DNA of 64,000 bases from the IMG/VR virus record IMGVR_UViG_3300009550_000008; one strand, written 5' to 3'. Below are positions 29,247 through 39,975 of this stretch, one piece after another. A program made the position numbers and the translations under genes. Each line of letters starts with the position of its first letter. The first letter of the stretch is position 1. This DNA is from a virus. The notes below the pieces were generated by a model. It had not been told where the DNA came from and made no database searches. It saw only the letters and a program-made list of their open reading frames with translations.

Positions 29247-30576
29247 AGAGTTTACACGGAAGTGTATTCCTTTTCTAAGGCCTGAGTATTTCACAGATAC
29301 ATCTGAAAGAACAATCTATGAATTTACATATGATTACTTTCAGAAGTATACTAAACCACCCACAATAGAAGCACTTCTCATAAATCTTGAGAACAGCACT
29401 TCCCTTAATGAGAAGACTCTCAAGGACACAAAATCTATTGTAAACGGTTTCGGTAGTGAAGAATCCCCACAGGAATGGCTGGTCGATGAGACAGAGCAGT
29501 GGTGCAAAGATAGAGCAATCTATATTGCAGTAATGGATTCAATCGAAGTGATCGATAAGAAGTCACAACGATCTACTGGTGAGATACCAGAGCTCTTAAA
29601 GGATGCACTCTCCGTGTCCTTTGATACACATATAGGACATGATGTATTAGAAGACGCGGACGATAGATTTGAATTCTATCATACGGAAGAAGAGAAGATT
29701 CCATTTGATCTAGAATACTTCAACAAAATCACAAAGGGTGGATTACCCAATAAGACACTGAACATTTGTCTTGCAGGCACAGGTGTTGGTAAGTCATTGT
29801 TCATGTGTCATATGGGTTCTGCAGCTTTGATGATGGGTAAGAATGTATTGTATATCACACTAGAAATGAGTGAAGAAAGAATTGCAGAGAGAATCGATGC
29901 AAACACTTTGAACATTCCTATGAAAGAACTTCCTGATATATCTAAGAAGATGTATGATAAGAAGATCGAGAAACTCAAGAACAAAACAAAAGGTAAACTA
30001 ATTGTAAAAGAGTATCCAACTGCAGCTGCACATGTCGGACATTTCAGACATCTATTGCAAGAGTTAGATATCAAGAAAGACTTCAAACCCGATATCATCT
30101 TTATCGATTATCTAAACATATGTTCATCACATAGAATCAGGCCTGGTTCAGGTGCAAACTCTTACACTTTGGTCAAGAGTATTGCAGAAGAACTTAGAGG
30201 ACTTGCAGTCGAATATGATGTACCTATTATGTCTGCAACTCAGACTACAAGATCAGGATACGGTTCGACAGATATTGGACTTGAAGATACATCAGAATCC
30301 TTTGGATTACCAGCGACAGCTGATATGATGTTTGCATTAATCACATCTGATGAACTCGAAGAACTAGATCAGTTGGTTGTAAAACAGTTGAAGAACAGAT
30401 ACAATGACCCAACTATATTCAAGAGATTTGTTATCGGTGTAGATAGATCAAGAATGAAACTATATGATTGTGAACAAGAAGCACAAGAAGAACTCTTAGA
30501 CTCAGGGGATGACTATGATGATAGTGTTCCAGTCGCCGACAGAGGAAGAGACAGATATTCGGACTTTAAGATATGA
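29197..30576 (+). CDS. 41: Replicative DNA helicase (T4 gp41)
   Basis: [37 protein letters not shown]. Confidence 0.96.
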   Translation: METRIEQTILKNLIQNEEFTRKCIPFLRPEYFTDTSERTIYEFTYDYFQKYTKPPTIEALLINLENSTSLNEKTLKDTKSIVNGFGSEESPQEWLVDETEQWCKDRAIYIAVMDSIEVIDKKSQRSTGEIPELLKDALSVSFDTHIGHDVLEDADDRFEFYHTEEEKIPFDLEYFNKITKGGLPNKTLNICLAGTGVGKSLFMCHMGSAALMMGKNVLYITLEMSEERIAERIDANTLNIPMKELPDISKKMYDKKIEKLKNKTKGKLIVKEYPTAAAHVGHFRHLLQELDIKKDFKPDIIFIDYLNICSSHRIRPGSGANSYTLVKSIAEELRGLAVEYDVPIMSATQTTRSGYGSTDIGLEDTSESFGLPATADMMFALITSDELEELDQLVVKQLKNRYNDPTIFKRFVIGVDRSRMKLYDCEQEAQEELLDSGDDYDDSVPVADRGRDRYSDFKI

Positions 30577-30716
30577 TAAAAAAGAAAAATATACAAAACA
30601 GAAGACAAAGAGCCCTAGATACTTTAATGAAAGTAAAGGAACCTAATGATCGTCAAAAGAAGGAGATTGCAATTCTGCAACAGCATCTAAAGCTGCAAAA
30701 CACTATTGACTCATAA
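30573..30716 (+). CDS. Small hypothetical protein (not in ORF track)
   Basis: 47 aa ORF, ATGA-coupled to gp41. Confidence 0.5.
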   Translation: MIKKKNIQNRRQRALDTLMKVKEPNDRQKKEIAILQQHLKLQNTIDS

Positions 30717-30739
30717 GGTATCATGGGTTATAATGGTAG

Positions 30740-30931
30740 ATGGTACAAAAAATGGTTGGGAAAACATTGAAATCTGATGAAGTAATTGAGAGTATTACCT
30801 ATAAAATACAACTCAAAAAAGACCTTAGACAGGCCAAATCAAAGGGTGATCTAAGAAAGGCTGATCTTATCCAACTAAAAATAAATCAAATAGAAGAAAA
30901 ACTTAAGTCGTCACCACTCTCCAAAACCTAA
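30740..30931 (+). CDS. Hypothetical protein
   Basis: ORF after a TTGACT...TATAAT promoter. Confidence 0.55.
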   Translation: MVQKMVGKTLKSDEVIESITYKIQLKKDLRQAKSKGDLRKADLIQLKINQIEEKLKSSPLSKT

Positions 30932-30967
30932 ATAGTTGGGTATAACTTTTTTTAGGAGAACATTTAC

Positions 30968-31420
30968 ATGGCATGGGCAGACGATATAATTTTATTAAAT
31001 CTTAGAATTGCTAGACAGCAAAGATATGTCGACTACTTAGAGGGTGCTAACTCTAATGTTTTTGGGCCTAGAGGTGCAAATGCAGACCCAATGAATCCAG
31101 CACATACAAACGGATGTGACCCTGATGATTCAACTGCAGCTTCTCATAGATGGACAGGAACAGGTGGTGCAAACGCATACTTTGCTTGGTGGAGATCACA
31201 ATTTTCATCCGCGGATGAGAACACAGCTGGTATAGAAGGTGCAGTATATGATGCATGGAAACACTGGAACGACACACTTTCACAGGACATTGCAAATGAG
31301 ACAGGATATGCAGACACACTTGCAGGGCATAAGACAACTATTACCAATCTCACAACCAAGAGAGACCTTTTACAAGCAAATATCGACAACGGTGTTGAGC
31401 AGAAAACTGCACCCGAATAA
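30968..31420 (+). CDS. Hypothetical protein
   Basis: AGGAG RBS; TAAATA upstream. Confidence 0.7.
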   Translation: MAWADDIILLNLRIARQQRYVDYLEGANSNVFGPRGANADPMNPAHTNGCDPDDSTAASHRWTGTGGANAYFAWWRSQFSSADENTAGIEGAVYDAWKHWNDTLSQDIANETGYADTLAGHKTTITNLTTKRDLLQANIDNGVEQKTAPE

Positions 31421-31472
31421 TAAAAAAGCATAAATAGTAGTATTACACAGGATTATGTGATATACTACTATT

Positions 31473-32678
31473 ATGGGTGCAAAGAACTTACATTTAGAAC
31501 ATTTAGAAGACGAGATCATCAATCAGGGTATTGATGGTGGTCGTGGTGCAATTAACTTTCTTCAAGGTCTAAGAGACATGTTGAAAGGTAATGCAAAGTC
31601 AGGGGTCAAGATGACCGTTAAATGGGACGGAGCTCCAGCGATATGGGCAGGGCCTCATCCCGAGACAGGACAATTCTTTGTTGCAAAGAAATCCCTCTTT
31701 ACCAAAGCACAACTTCACTACACCTCAGAACAACAAATCAAAGATGCACCTGAACTCTCAGGTGATCTACAAACCAAATTCCTAGAAGCATTCAAACACC
31801 TTTCAAAGTTAAACTTTAGTAAGATATTACAGGGTGACTTGATGTTTACATCAGGTGATAAGAAGATGTCTACCATTGATGGTGAGTCATTCATAACATT
31901 CGGGCCAAACACAATTACATATGCAGTTCAAACATCGAGTGAACTGGGTAAACAAATAGCTGGTGCAAAATTAGGAATCGTATTCCATACCACATATACA
32001 GGTGCAACAATAGAAGATTTGGGTGCATCATTCGGTGCAGACATATCCAAACTAGGACATAGTTCTGATGTATGGGTAGATGATGCAGAGTATAGAGATG
32101 TCAGTGGTAAAGGTTCGATGACAGCAAAAGAAACTCTCTCGTTAACTCAGGAGTTATCTAAAGCTGGTAAAGCATTCCACGGTATCAAGAAGAAAGACTT
32201 AGAGAAGTTCAGAGAATTACAAACTGCAATTGCAAAGAAGGGTGCTGGGGCAACTTACAAGACCTATTGCAATTCACTTATCCGACAAGGTAAATTTAAA
32301 CCCACATATGATGGGTACATGAAACACTTTGAGAACTACTGGAGAGATAAAGTAGTTGGCAAAGTAAAACAAGAAAAGACAAAACAAATTAAGAGAGACA
32401 TTGGTGAACAACTATACAATGAAATGAGATCGATCAAGAAGTTTTTAACAAACCTTACACTATTCATGGGACACTTAGTTGTTGCAAAACAAATGATTAT
32501 TGTTGTACTAAATAGAGTAAAGAGTATAGGAACATTTAAGAAGACTGCAAATGGTTTCGAGGCAGTAAACCCCGAAGGATATGTTGCAATCGATAGAAAA
32601 GGTGGTGCAGTCAAACTCGTAGATAGAATGGAGTTTGCATTTAATAACTTTACTGCACAAAAGGCATGGGACAAATGA
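31473..32678 (+). CDS. Conserved T4-like phage protein (DUF6267-like) with ATP-dependent ligase-type motifs
   Basis: KNLHLEHLED; TVKWDG (motif I), LQGDL (III-like), EGYV (IV), AVKLV (V). Confidence 0.7.
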   Translation: MGAKNLHLEHLEDEIINQGIDGGRGAINFLQGLRDMLKGNAKSGVKMTVKWDGAPAIWAGPHPETGQFFVAKKSLFTKAQLHYTSEQQIKDAPELSGDLQTKFLEAFKHLSKLNFSKILQGDLMFTSGDKKMSTIDGESFITFGPNTITYAVQTSSELGKQIAGAKLGIVFHTTYTGATIEDLGASFGADISKLGHSSDVWVDDAEYRDVSGKGSMTAKETLSLTQELSKAGKAFHGIKKKDLEKFRELQTAIAKKGAGATYKTYCNSLIRQGKFKPTYDGYMKHFENYWRDKVVGKVKQEKTKQIKRDIGEQLYNEMRSIKKFLTNLTLFMGHLVVAKQMIIVVLNRVKSIGTFKKTANGFEAVNPEGYVAIDRKGGAVKLVDRMEFAFNNFTAQKAWDK

Positions 32679-33955
32679 AGACATTTAACAGATTCTTATC
32701 AGAGGCAAAAGAGAAAAGTTGTACATTTACTTTCGGTAGATTCAACCCGCCTACTACAGGTCATGAGTTACTCGTTAAGAAACTTATGAAGGTAGGTTCA
32801 GGAACAGATGTATTATTGTTCTCATCACACTCAAATGATAAAAGAAAGAATCCACTAAATCACAGAGATAAAGTTAAGTATCTCAAAAAGTTCTTTGGTA
32901 AAATTGTTGTTAATGCAAATGTTAAAACAGTATTTGAGATTGCAAACTATTTACAAGAACAGAAGTATGTAAATGTAAACATGGTTGTAGGTTCAGACAG
33001 AGTAAAAGAATTTGAAATGTTATTAACCAAATACAACGGAGTTAAAGCAAGACACGGATACTACAAGTTTAAGAATATAAACATCATATCAGCTGGAGAA
33101 AGAGACCCCGATGCAGATGATGTTTCAGGGATGTCTGCAAGTAAGATGAGACAATTTGCAGAGGATGGAGATTTTGATTCATTCAAACAAGGTGTACCAT
33201 CTAAAGGTAGAAGTGTTGCAAAGAAATTATACGATGATATCCGTAAAGGAATGGGTATCAATGAGGGTAATCTTCCTGAATACATGATGGAAGATTTAAT
33301 TACAGAAGGTGTTTATGACCCAGGCGTCTTCAAAGCAGTATTCCTTATGGGTGGGCCTGGTTCAGGTAAATCAACAGTTGTAGATCAGTTGGCTTTAAAA
33401 GCACTAGGTCTTAAGATGGTGAATACTGATAAGGCATTCGAGGTTGGTCTTAAGAAAGCTGGAATGACTCTAGACCTTAGAGGTGCAGACTTTGATAAGG
33501 TTGACCCGATTCGTGCAAAGGCAAAGAAGATTACTGGTAAGAACATGGATGCATATATCTCAGGTAGACTAGGAATGATCTTTGACACCACAGCTGCAAA
33601 CAAATCTAAGATCGTTAGTTACAAGAAGATGTTAGATAAACTTGGTTACGAGTATAAAATGGTATTCGTTACTACATCCCTTGCAAATGCACAACATAGA
33701 AATAGTATGAGAGCAAGAAAACTACCATTCGATATCGTACAAAAAGACTGGGAAGCTGCAATGAAAAATGCAGATGAATTTAAGAAATTATTTGGGAAAG
33801 ACTTCATATCAATCACTAATGATGATGACTTCAATACATTAAAGAAGAAAGCGAGTCAACTATACAAAGCTATGTTAACTTGGACATCGAAGTTCCCATC
33901 AAACAAGTTTGCTCTTAAGTGGAGAGAACGCATGTTATTAAAGAAACGGGGATAA
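32675..33955 (+). CDS. Cytidylyltransferase-like (HIGH) nucleotidyltransferase fused to a P-loop kinase
   Basis: FGRFNPPTTGH, VVGSDR, MSASKMR; then GGPGSGKS, IFDTT. Confidence 0.88.
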   Translation: MKTFNRFLSEAKEKSCTFTFGRFNPPTTGHELLVKKLMKVGSGTDVLLFSSHSNDKRKNPLNHRDKVKYLKKFFGKIVVNANVKTVFEIANYLQEQKYVNVNMVVGSDRVKEFEMLLTKYNGVKARHGYYKFKNINIISAGERDPDADDVSGMSASKMRQFAEDGDFDSFKQGVPSKGRSVAKKLYDDIRKGMGINEGNLPEYMMEDLITEGVYDPGVFKAVFLMGGPGSGKSTVVDQLALKALGLKMVNTDKAFEVGLKKAGMTLDLRGADFDKVDPIRAKAKKITGKNMDAYISGRLGMIFDTTAANKSKIVSYKKMLDKLGYEYKMVFVTTSLANAQHRNSMRARKLPFDIVQKDWEAAMKNADEFKKLFGKDFISITNDDDFNTLKKKASQLYKAMLTWTSKFPSNKFALKWRERMLLKKRG

Positions 33956-33963
33956 ATAATACT

Positions 33964-35196
33964 ATGTCAGCAAAGAAATACAGAGATTTTTTAAAGGAAG
34001 CAAACCTCGATAAATTCGATGAGGGTAAACTTGTATCTGATTGGTCATCTATACTCAAACTTATAACAGATAAGATTCAATCTAAACTAGGTAAAGAATA
34101 CAAGAAGAATCCTGAAAGGGGTATTGCAATGATTAACACCATAGGTTCTATGGTTGGTGCAAAAGTTACTGATAAGAAACAACAGAAGGGTAGATTATTC
34201 CTTAAGTTTGGTGACCCTATAGAAGAAACAATCGAAGAGAATAAGGCTGCAAAACTTCTAAAGAAAGTTAAAGGTCTATCGAAACAACAAGTACAAATGT
34301 TGTCTCAGTTACCAACACCAGTGTTAACATCGATGATTAACCAGTTGAGTGTTTTAGTTGCTGGGGACATACAAGAAGACGCTGCAGTAGACGCAGCTAA
34401 TCTCAAGGCAAAACAAACCGAAGAGATGGAAAGACTCAAAGAGAAACAAGCTGGTGAGATGGAAGCTCTTAAAGATAGACATACAAGACAAATGGATGCA
34501 ATCAATCTACAGAAAGAGAAAGAAGCACAGAACAAAGCAATCGAGGCAGAAAGGGAATCTGCAAGAAAAGCTGCAACCAACGAAGAAGTTTTATATGAGA
34601 ATGAAAAAGGTCTCAAGAACAAAGCAGAGAAATCAGGAATGCCTCTTGGTATATTGAAACAGGTATACAACAGAGGACTCGCTGCATACAAAACAGGACA
34701 CAGGCCTGGTGCAACTGCACCTCAGTGGGCAATGGCAAGAGTTAATAGTTTTGTAACCAAGTCAAAAGGAACTTGGGGTGGTGCAGATAAAGACTTAGCT
34801 GCAAAGGTTCGAGGTAAGTCTGAGGGTTATAACGAAGACAAAGAAGAACAAGATAAAGATGTATCGAAGAATAAGGGTACACAACCTAAGAAGTATTACA
34901 AAGGTTTAGACAAAGAAACTAAACAGAAAAGGGATGCACACTTCAAACAAGGTAAGACAGGGCCTGCTCCTGGCGATGAGGATGAAGATGGTAAACCTAC
35001 AAAGACTAAGAAATCCACTCACACCAAAAAATTTCAAAAGATGTACGGTGAGAAACTAGACAAAAACTCAGACGCAGGAGATTACATTGATGATTTCAGG
35101 AAGTCGGATGCACCACAGTTTAAGGGTAAATCCGATAAGAAAATTAGAAAGATGGCAATCGCAGCATTCTTGGACAAGAAAGATGGCAGGAAATAA
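33964..35196 (+). CDS. Probable virion internal protein with a DUF5824-like domain
   Basis: LKQVYNRGLAAYKTGHRPGATAPQWAMARVNSF; K/E-rich; late-type promoter. Confidence 0.65.
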   Translation: MSAKKYRDFLKEANLDKFDEGKLVSDWSSILKLITDKIQSKLGKEYKKNPERGIAMINTIGSMVGAKVTDKKQQKGRLFLKFGDPIEETIEENKAAKLLKKVKGLSKQQVQMLSQLPTPVLTSMINQLSVLVAGDIQEDAAVDAANLKAKQTEEMERLKEKQAGEMEALKDRHTRQMDAINLQKEKEAQNKAIEAERESARKAATNEEVLYENEKGLKNKAEKSGMPLGILKQVYNRGLAAYKTGHRPGATAPQWAMARVNSFVTKSKGTWGGADKDLAAKVRGKSEGYNEDKEEQDKDVSKNKGTQPKKYYKGLDKETKQKRDAHFKQGKTGPAPGDEDEDGKPTKTKKSTHTKKFQKMYGEKLDKNSDAGDYIDDFRKSDAPQFKGKSDKKIRKMAIAAFLDKKDGRK

Positions 35197-35410
35197 ACAC
35201 GACAACGGAGTCCTCGAACAGGGGACAGATGAGATAAGAATATCTTATCAAGAGGATACGCCTGGTCAATCAGTTGATGAGTACATCAAAGAGAAAGAAA
35301 AGTCATTCCACGAAACAAAAGAGACAATCAAGAAAAGATTCAAAGATGTATTCGGTAATCCATTGAAGGACTATCCATACAACGAGGAGTTCGAAGTTGA
35401 AGACCTTTAG
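35182..35410 (+). CDS. Hypothetical protein
   Basis: EQGTDE...DTPGQ motif. Confidence 0.6.
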
Positions 35411-35927
35411 AACACTTGCGATAGAAGAAACCGTTGCATCCTTACAAGAGAATCAGATCAATATATTCGATAATCCCTTTAGATTAGGGTCAGAAATGTT
35501 CTTTGAAACTATCAAAGAAGCACGAAGACTACATTTAGAGGGTAGTTACATACCTACTGCAGTAGATAAGACCCTTTTAGAAACAGATTTAGGGGAGTTT
35601 GCAGAGTATGAAGGACAACATGTACCATTAGATTGTCCTATGCATGAAGAGAAAGATGTAGAGTTAAACTCACCGAAAGTTGGTGGGCCAAAAAAGTATT
35701 ATGTGTATGTTAAAGACCCCGAAACAAAGAAGATAAAGAAGATAACATGGGGTGACACAACAGGTTTAAAAGTCAAACTAGGAAACGAGAAAGCAAGGAA
35801 ATCGTTCGCTGCAAGACACAAATGTGATCAGGCAAATGACAAGATGACTGCTAATTATTGGTCATGTCGTTTACCTCATTATGCAAAACAACTGGGTCTT
35901 AGTGACGGTGGAAACTTCTTTTGGTAA
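35397..35927 (+). CDS. Conserved hypothetical T4-like phage protein
   Basis: KKYYVYVK...WGD...RKSFAARHKC...YWSC. Confidence 0.75.
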   Translation: MKTFRTLAIEETVASLQENQINIFDNPFRLGSEMFFETIKEARRLHLEGSYIPTAVDKTLLETDLGEFAEYEGQHVPLDCPMHEEKDVELNSPKVGGPKKYYVYVKDPETKKIKKITWGDTTGLKVKLGNEKARKSFAARHKCDQANDKMTANYWSCRLPHYAKQLGLSDGGNFFW

Positions 35928-35942
35928 ACACTATATACTAAC

Positions 35943-36134
35943 ATGAGGAAAGAATTTCATCAGTTTCAATTGGATGGAAGAAAGGCAATAGTTTACTTTC
36001 ACACCGAAATGGGGTGGGAAGTAGATTTATATGAAAACGATGTATTCCTAGAGACAAGAAAGGTTCACGATCACTCAGAGTCATATGCTGAGGATGTTGC
36101 AGAAAATTTTGTTCAAGGAATATACGGTGTCTAA
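35943..36134 (+). CDS. Hypothetical protein
   Basis: HSESYAEDVAENFV motif. Confidence 0.6.
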   Translation: MRKEFHQFQLDGRKAIVYFHTEMGWEVDLYENDVFLETRKVHDHSESYAEDVAENFVQGIYGV

Positions 36135-36411
36135 ACCATACAGAGAAGAAATTTTAGAGAAACACGGAACTAGAGAGACTTATAGAATAAGGGAGTTTGA
36201 AGAAACCCTCGAAGATCGAGAGTTAATCTGGCACCGAGATGCAGAAACACGAAGGGTGTCTGTATTATCAGGGGATGGTTGGAAGTTACAGTTAGATGAT
36301 GAACTTCCACAAACTTTAAAGGTAGGGGAAAGGTATGCTATACCTAAGTTAAAGTACCATCGGGTTATAAAAGGCAAAGGAAATCTTGTTATAAAGATTG
36401 AGAATATATAA
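36127..36411 (+). CDS. Cupin-like protein
   Basis: LIWHRD...WKLQLD...YHRVIKG; probable GTG start. Confidence 0.65.
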   Translation: MSKPYREEILEKHGTRETYRIREFEETLEDRELIWHRDAETRRVSVLSGDGWKLQLDDELPQTLKVGERYAIPKLKYHRVIKGKGNLVIKIENI

Positions 36412-36422
36412 ATAATACTGTT

Positions 36423-37211
36423 ATGAGTTATAAGTCAGAAAACTGGAAAGAGAAACTAGAACAAGTCCGTAATCACATTGCTTTAAAAGAAGGTAGTGTG
36501 GAGAAGACTGCAGATGAGATTCTTGAGTCACAGATCGAAGAAGAACTTAATACTTTTGATGACATTCAAGAAGTCACCGATAAAGAAATTAACGCCGTTA
36601 AGAAACTCTCTAAGCTTATTGAAAAGGCAAAGAAAGATTATTTCAAGATTGCAAAAATGGGTGATAAGACTCTCCAAGACACAAAGTTTAACGGGAAGTA
36701 CGAGTCTCTTCTTCAAGCACAACAAGACATTCTTTCATTAATTGGTGAACTTACCAATGAAAAATTGATGCAAGGTGAAGAAGTTGTTGAAGAAGAAGTA
36801 ATTCTTGAAGCTTCAATGGGTGATATGATTAAGAAAGTATTCAATACCAAGAGTGAAACAGAAGCAATGGGTATTGCAAAACTTCTTAACATGACCGATG
36901 TTAAAGTTGCACTTGCAATGCAGAAACAAAATCCAAAAGGATTTGTTAAAACTACATTCGCGATGGGTGCAGACAACAAGAACAAAGATATGATTAAGGA
37001 TAAAGACCTTATGAAAATGTTCAAGAAAGCTGGTGTCAAACCATTACCCGAAGGTGTCGAAATCGAATCAGAAGAATCAGTTGAAAAGACTACAGAGAAA
37101 CTCGTAGAGAGAAACATGTTGGGTCGTCTTGCAAAACAACTACAGCTCAACGAAGAAGGCAAACAAAAAATGTTTGCGTACTTTGAAAAAGGAGAACTAA
37201 ACCAATCATGA
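36423..37211 (+). CDS. Hypothetical K/E-rich protein, probable internal head protein
   Basis: TATAAATA late promoter; many hydrophobic-x-E sites. Confidence 0.6.
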   Translation: MSYKSENWKEKLEQVRNHIALKEGSVEKTADEILESQIEEELNTFDDIQEVTDKEINAVKKLSKLIEKAKKDYFKIAKMGDKTLQDTKFNGKYESLLQAQQDILSLIGELTNEKLMQGEEVVEEEVILEASMGDMIKKVFNTKSETEAMGIAKLLNMTDVKVALAMQKQNPKGFVKTTFAMGADNKNKDMIKDKDLMKMFKKAGVKPLPEGVEIESEESVEKTTEKLVERNMLGRLAKQLQLNEEGKQKMFAYFEKGELNQS

Positions 37212-37942
37212 GTATACAAGACTTACCCCAAGGATTACTAGAAGCATCTAGAACAGTCCTACAAAATTCTAAGGACTATGAAGAGTTCTTTAAATCTGCA
37301 CTAAAGAAGTTTGGTGTAGAATCACCAGCAGATTTTAAATCAGACGAAGAAAAGAAAAAGTTTTTCGACTATGTAGATAAGAACTACAAAGGAGAAAAGT
37401 CTGAATCTGTAAAAAAGTATAGTCGAAGTTTTCGTTTAGACGAGGCTTCGTTAAACTATGTCTATTTCGATAAAGCAGAGGCAAACAAATTCTCAAAGAA
37501 AATTGCATCTTTCGTAGATTCAGTTGATGTCGAGAGATCAGTAGCAGGTCACTTTAATGTTAAAGTTAAAGGAGACAAACAAGGACTTAAGAAAGCTACT
37601 GATGTTGCAATCAAAATGTCAGAGAGTGTTGAAGTAGTTTCCGAAGCAAAGAAAGGAAAGTACAAATCTAAGAAACAAAATAACATTATCCGTGATATAG
37701 AAAAACTCAAAAAACAAGAGAAGAAAGACGGACACGATGTAAAAGACATCGATGCAATAGTCAAGATGATTAAAAAAGGTCTAGAGACTGAAATGTATGA
37801 TGACATGGAAATCATGACTGGTAAAACTCTTAAACTATTAGATAAACATATGATGAATATGGATACTATGCCTAGAGAAGATATTGCACAGATAATCCAA
37901 AAACACGACATAGACATGTATGATATGATATTCGGGTATTAA
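37208..37942 (+). CDS. Hypothetical K/E-rich protein, probable internal head protein
   Basis: FFKSALKKFGV...KKKFFDYVD motif. Confidence 0.6.
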   Translation: MSIQDLPQGLLEASRTVLQNSKDYEEFFKSALKKFGVESPADFKSDEEKKKFFDYVDKNYKGEKSESVKKYSRSFRLDEASLNYVYFDKAEANKFSKKIASFVDSVDVERSVAGHFNVKVKGDKQGLKKATDVAIKMSESVEVVSEAKKGKYKSKKQNNIIRDIEKLKKQEKKDGHDVKDIDAIVKMIKKGLETEMYDDMEIMTGKTLKLLDKHMMNMDTMPREDIAQIIQKHDIDMYDMIFGY

Positions 37943-37945
37943 ACC

Positions 37946-39394
37946 ATGAACTTATTCCAACAGATCAAAGAAAAAAAAATACTAGACAAAGATGGTAAAG
38001 TCGATGCACTAGGGCCTTATGGTAAATCTAAACTTACTGGTCAGGAAGTTGCAAACTATTTCAAGAAAAACAAAGTAAAAGACCCTGAGATCAAAAAAGC
38101 AGTCGAGGTTGCATTAGACCTTAGTGGTGCAATGGATGTCGCTGGAAAAGAAATCCAAAAGTTCTTTGGAAGAAAGATAAGAAACTCTAAAGAAGTAAAA
38201 AGAGCTCTTAAGTATGCAAACGAATCATTTGAAATGAATCAATTGGTTTGTATGTTGCATGAAGATGTATTGAATCTTACAGAAAAGAACCTTATGCCTG
38301 ATATCCAAAAGATAGTTGACACTAAAGGTGCAGCTAAAGTTGGTGGTGTAATGTTAGATATGTTCACTGCATCTATGATTTCAAAAGTTTACGACAAAGT
38401 AAACGATCAGAACAAGAAGAAGATGGAAAAAGCAAAGATCGAAGTTCTTGTTAAACTTGCACATAAAGTTATGGGTATGAAAGAGGAACAAGTTGCAGAG
38501 ATCATAGAAGGTAAGACCCTCAAACAATTAAAGAAAATTTATAAGAAAGATGTTAAAAACTATAACAACAATAGAGACATCTCTCAAGGTGCTGCAATGG
38601 CATTTGCATACTGGGCAATCAAAAATGGGGACATAAAAACAGATGACCCTGATGAATTTGACCAGTGGTTAGATGATAATCTATCAGAATGGATAGCTGC
38701 AGACGGTACTAGAAGAAGAGTACACGAAAAAGACAAGAGAAAATCAAAGGTAACTGTTAAAGAAGGTGGTAAATCTCAAGCACAACAAGCTGCAATTGCA
38801 ATCTCTAAGAAAGAGAAAGCAGGGAAGCCTGGATATGATAAAGAAGGTAAGTCACTTAAGAAAGAATCAGTTATGGATTCCTACAGAAAAATGTGGGAAG
38901 ATGCAGTAGAAGAAGATATTGACGAAGCATTCTCCAAGAAACCCGCAAAAGGTAGAGATATTGCAAAGAAGATGATGAAGAGTAAGACAATGAAAGGTTT
39001 TGCTAACAAAGTTAAGAAAATGAAAACAGTTACCGCTGTTCAGTTAGATAAAATGTTGCCAGATTATGTCTCAGGTGGAGATATTGGGGCAATGTTTGAA
39101 GATGCAGTAGAAGAAGAAACTATTGTAGAGAAGAAAGAAATGGATTCAAAAGTAATCGAAAAGATTGCAAAGTTAACCGATCAAAACGATCATAATAAAG
39201 CTGTAATGGACTTAGCTCGTTACATGAGAGAGATGAAAGTCGTTAAGATGATGGAACACATGATTGCAATGCATAAAATCAATGGTTCTATGTCTAGTGA
39301 TATGATAAACATAAGAAAAGAAATGTTAGACTTATGTTTGAAGAAAGCTAAGAAGTTATATGATAACTTTGATGACATATACAAGGCATTCTAA
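37946..39394 (+). CDS. Hypothetical K/E-rich modular protein, probable internal head protein
   Basis: Short modules separated by E-rich linkers; AQQAAIAISKKE. Confidence 0.6.
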   Translation: MNLFQQIKEKKILDKDGKVDALGPYGKSKLTGQEVANYFKKNKVKDPEIKKAVEVALDLSGAMDVAGKEIQKFFGRKIRNSKEVKRALKYANESFEMNQLVCMLHEDVLNLTEKNLMPDIQKIVDTKGAAKVGGVMLDMFTASMISKVYDKVNDQNKKKMEKAKIEVLVKLAHKVMGMKEEQVAEIIEGKTLKQLKKIYKKDVKNYNNNRDISQGAAMAFAYWAIKNGDIKTDDPDEFDQWLDDNLSEWIAADGTRRRVHEKDKRKSKVTVKEGGKSQAQQAAIAISKKEKAGKPGYDKEGKSLKKESVMDSYRKMWEDAVEEDIDEAFSKKPAKGRDIAKKMMKSKTMKGFANKVKKMKTVTAVQLDKMLPDYVSGGDIGAMFEDAVEEETIVEKKEMDSKVIEKIAKLTDQNDHNKAVMDLARYMREMKVVKMMEHMIAMHKINGSMSSDMINIRKEMLDLCLKKAKKLYDNFDDIYKAF

Positions 39395-39966
39395 TGGCTA
39401 AACTCACGGCTGCAGAAGTACAGAAGATTCTTACCACAGATGGTAGGACTAAACTTTTTAAGGAGAAACTTAGGAAGTTAGGTTATGTGAAAGATGCAAA
39501 GGAAGTATCCAAAGTTATGGAGAAAACTGCAGATTTTGCTATGATGTCAGACGGTGGGAATAAGAAGGTTGCTCGTGCAGTTGCAAAAGCAAAAGACGAG
39601 AAAGACCTTAGAAAGAAATTAGAAAAGATTTCAACTATGAGTGGTGGAAAGTATTCTGAAGCTCAGGAAGATGAAGTAATCGATAGAGCTATCGATGCAT
39701 TTAATAGTAAAGCACAGGGAATGCAACTCAGACCCGATGCAAATATGTTGATGCAGTTAAGAAAGTTTGCCGATACAAAGAAGGATAGTGAAGTCAGAAC
39801 AGACGACATGAAGAAGATCAAAGTCAAACATAAGGATGCGATCAAAGTTCATGATGTTTTAATGTCTGTTAAGGCTCCCATTCGTGATAAATACACTAGA
39901 CTATTACAAAAAGATAGTAAATCATTTAAGAAGACTTTCAAAGATATTTTGAAAATCGCAAGTTAG
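39394..39966 (+). CDS. Hypothetical protein
   Basis: Coupled ORF, K-rich. Confidence 0.6.
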   Translation: MAKLTAAEVQKILTTDGRTKLFKEKLRKLGYVKDAKEVSKVMEKTADFAMMSDGGNKKVARAVAKAKDEKDLRKKLEKISTMSGGKYSEAQEDEVIDRAIDAFNSKAQGMQLRPDANMLMQLRKFADTKKDSEVRTDDMKKIKVKHKDAIKVHDVLMSVKAPIRDKYTRLLQKDSKSFKKTFKDILKIAS

Positions 39967-39975
39967 GAGATAAAA

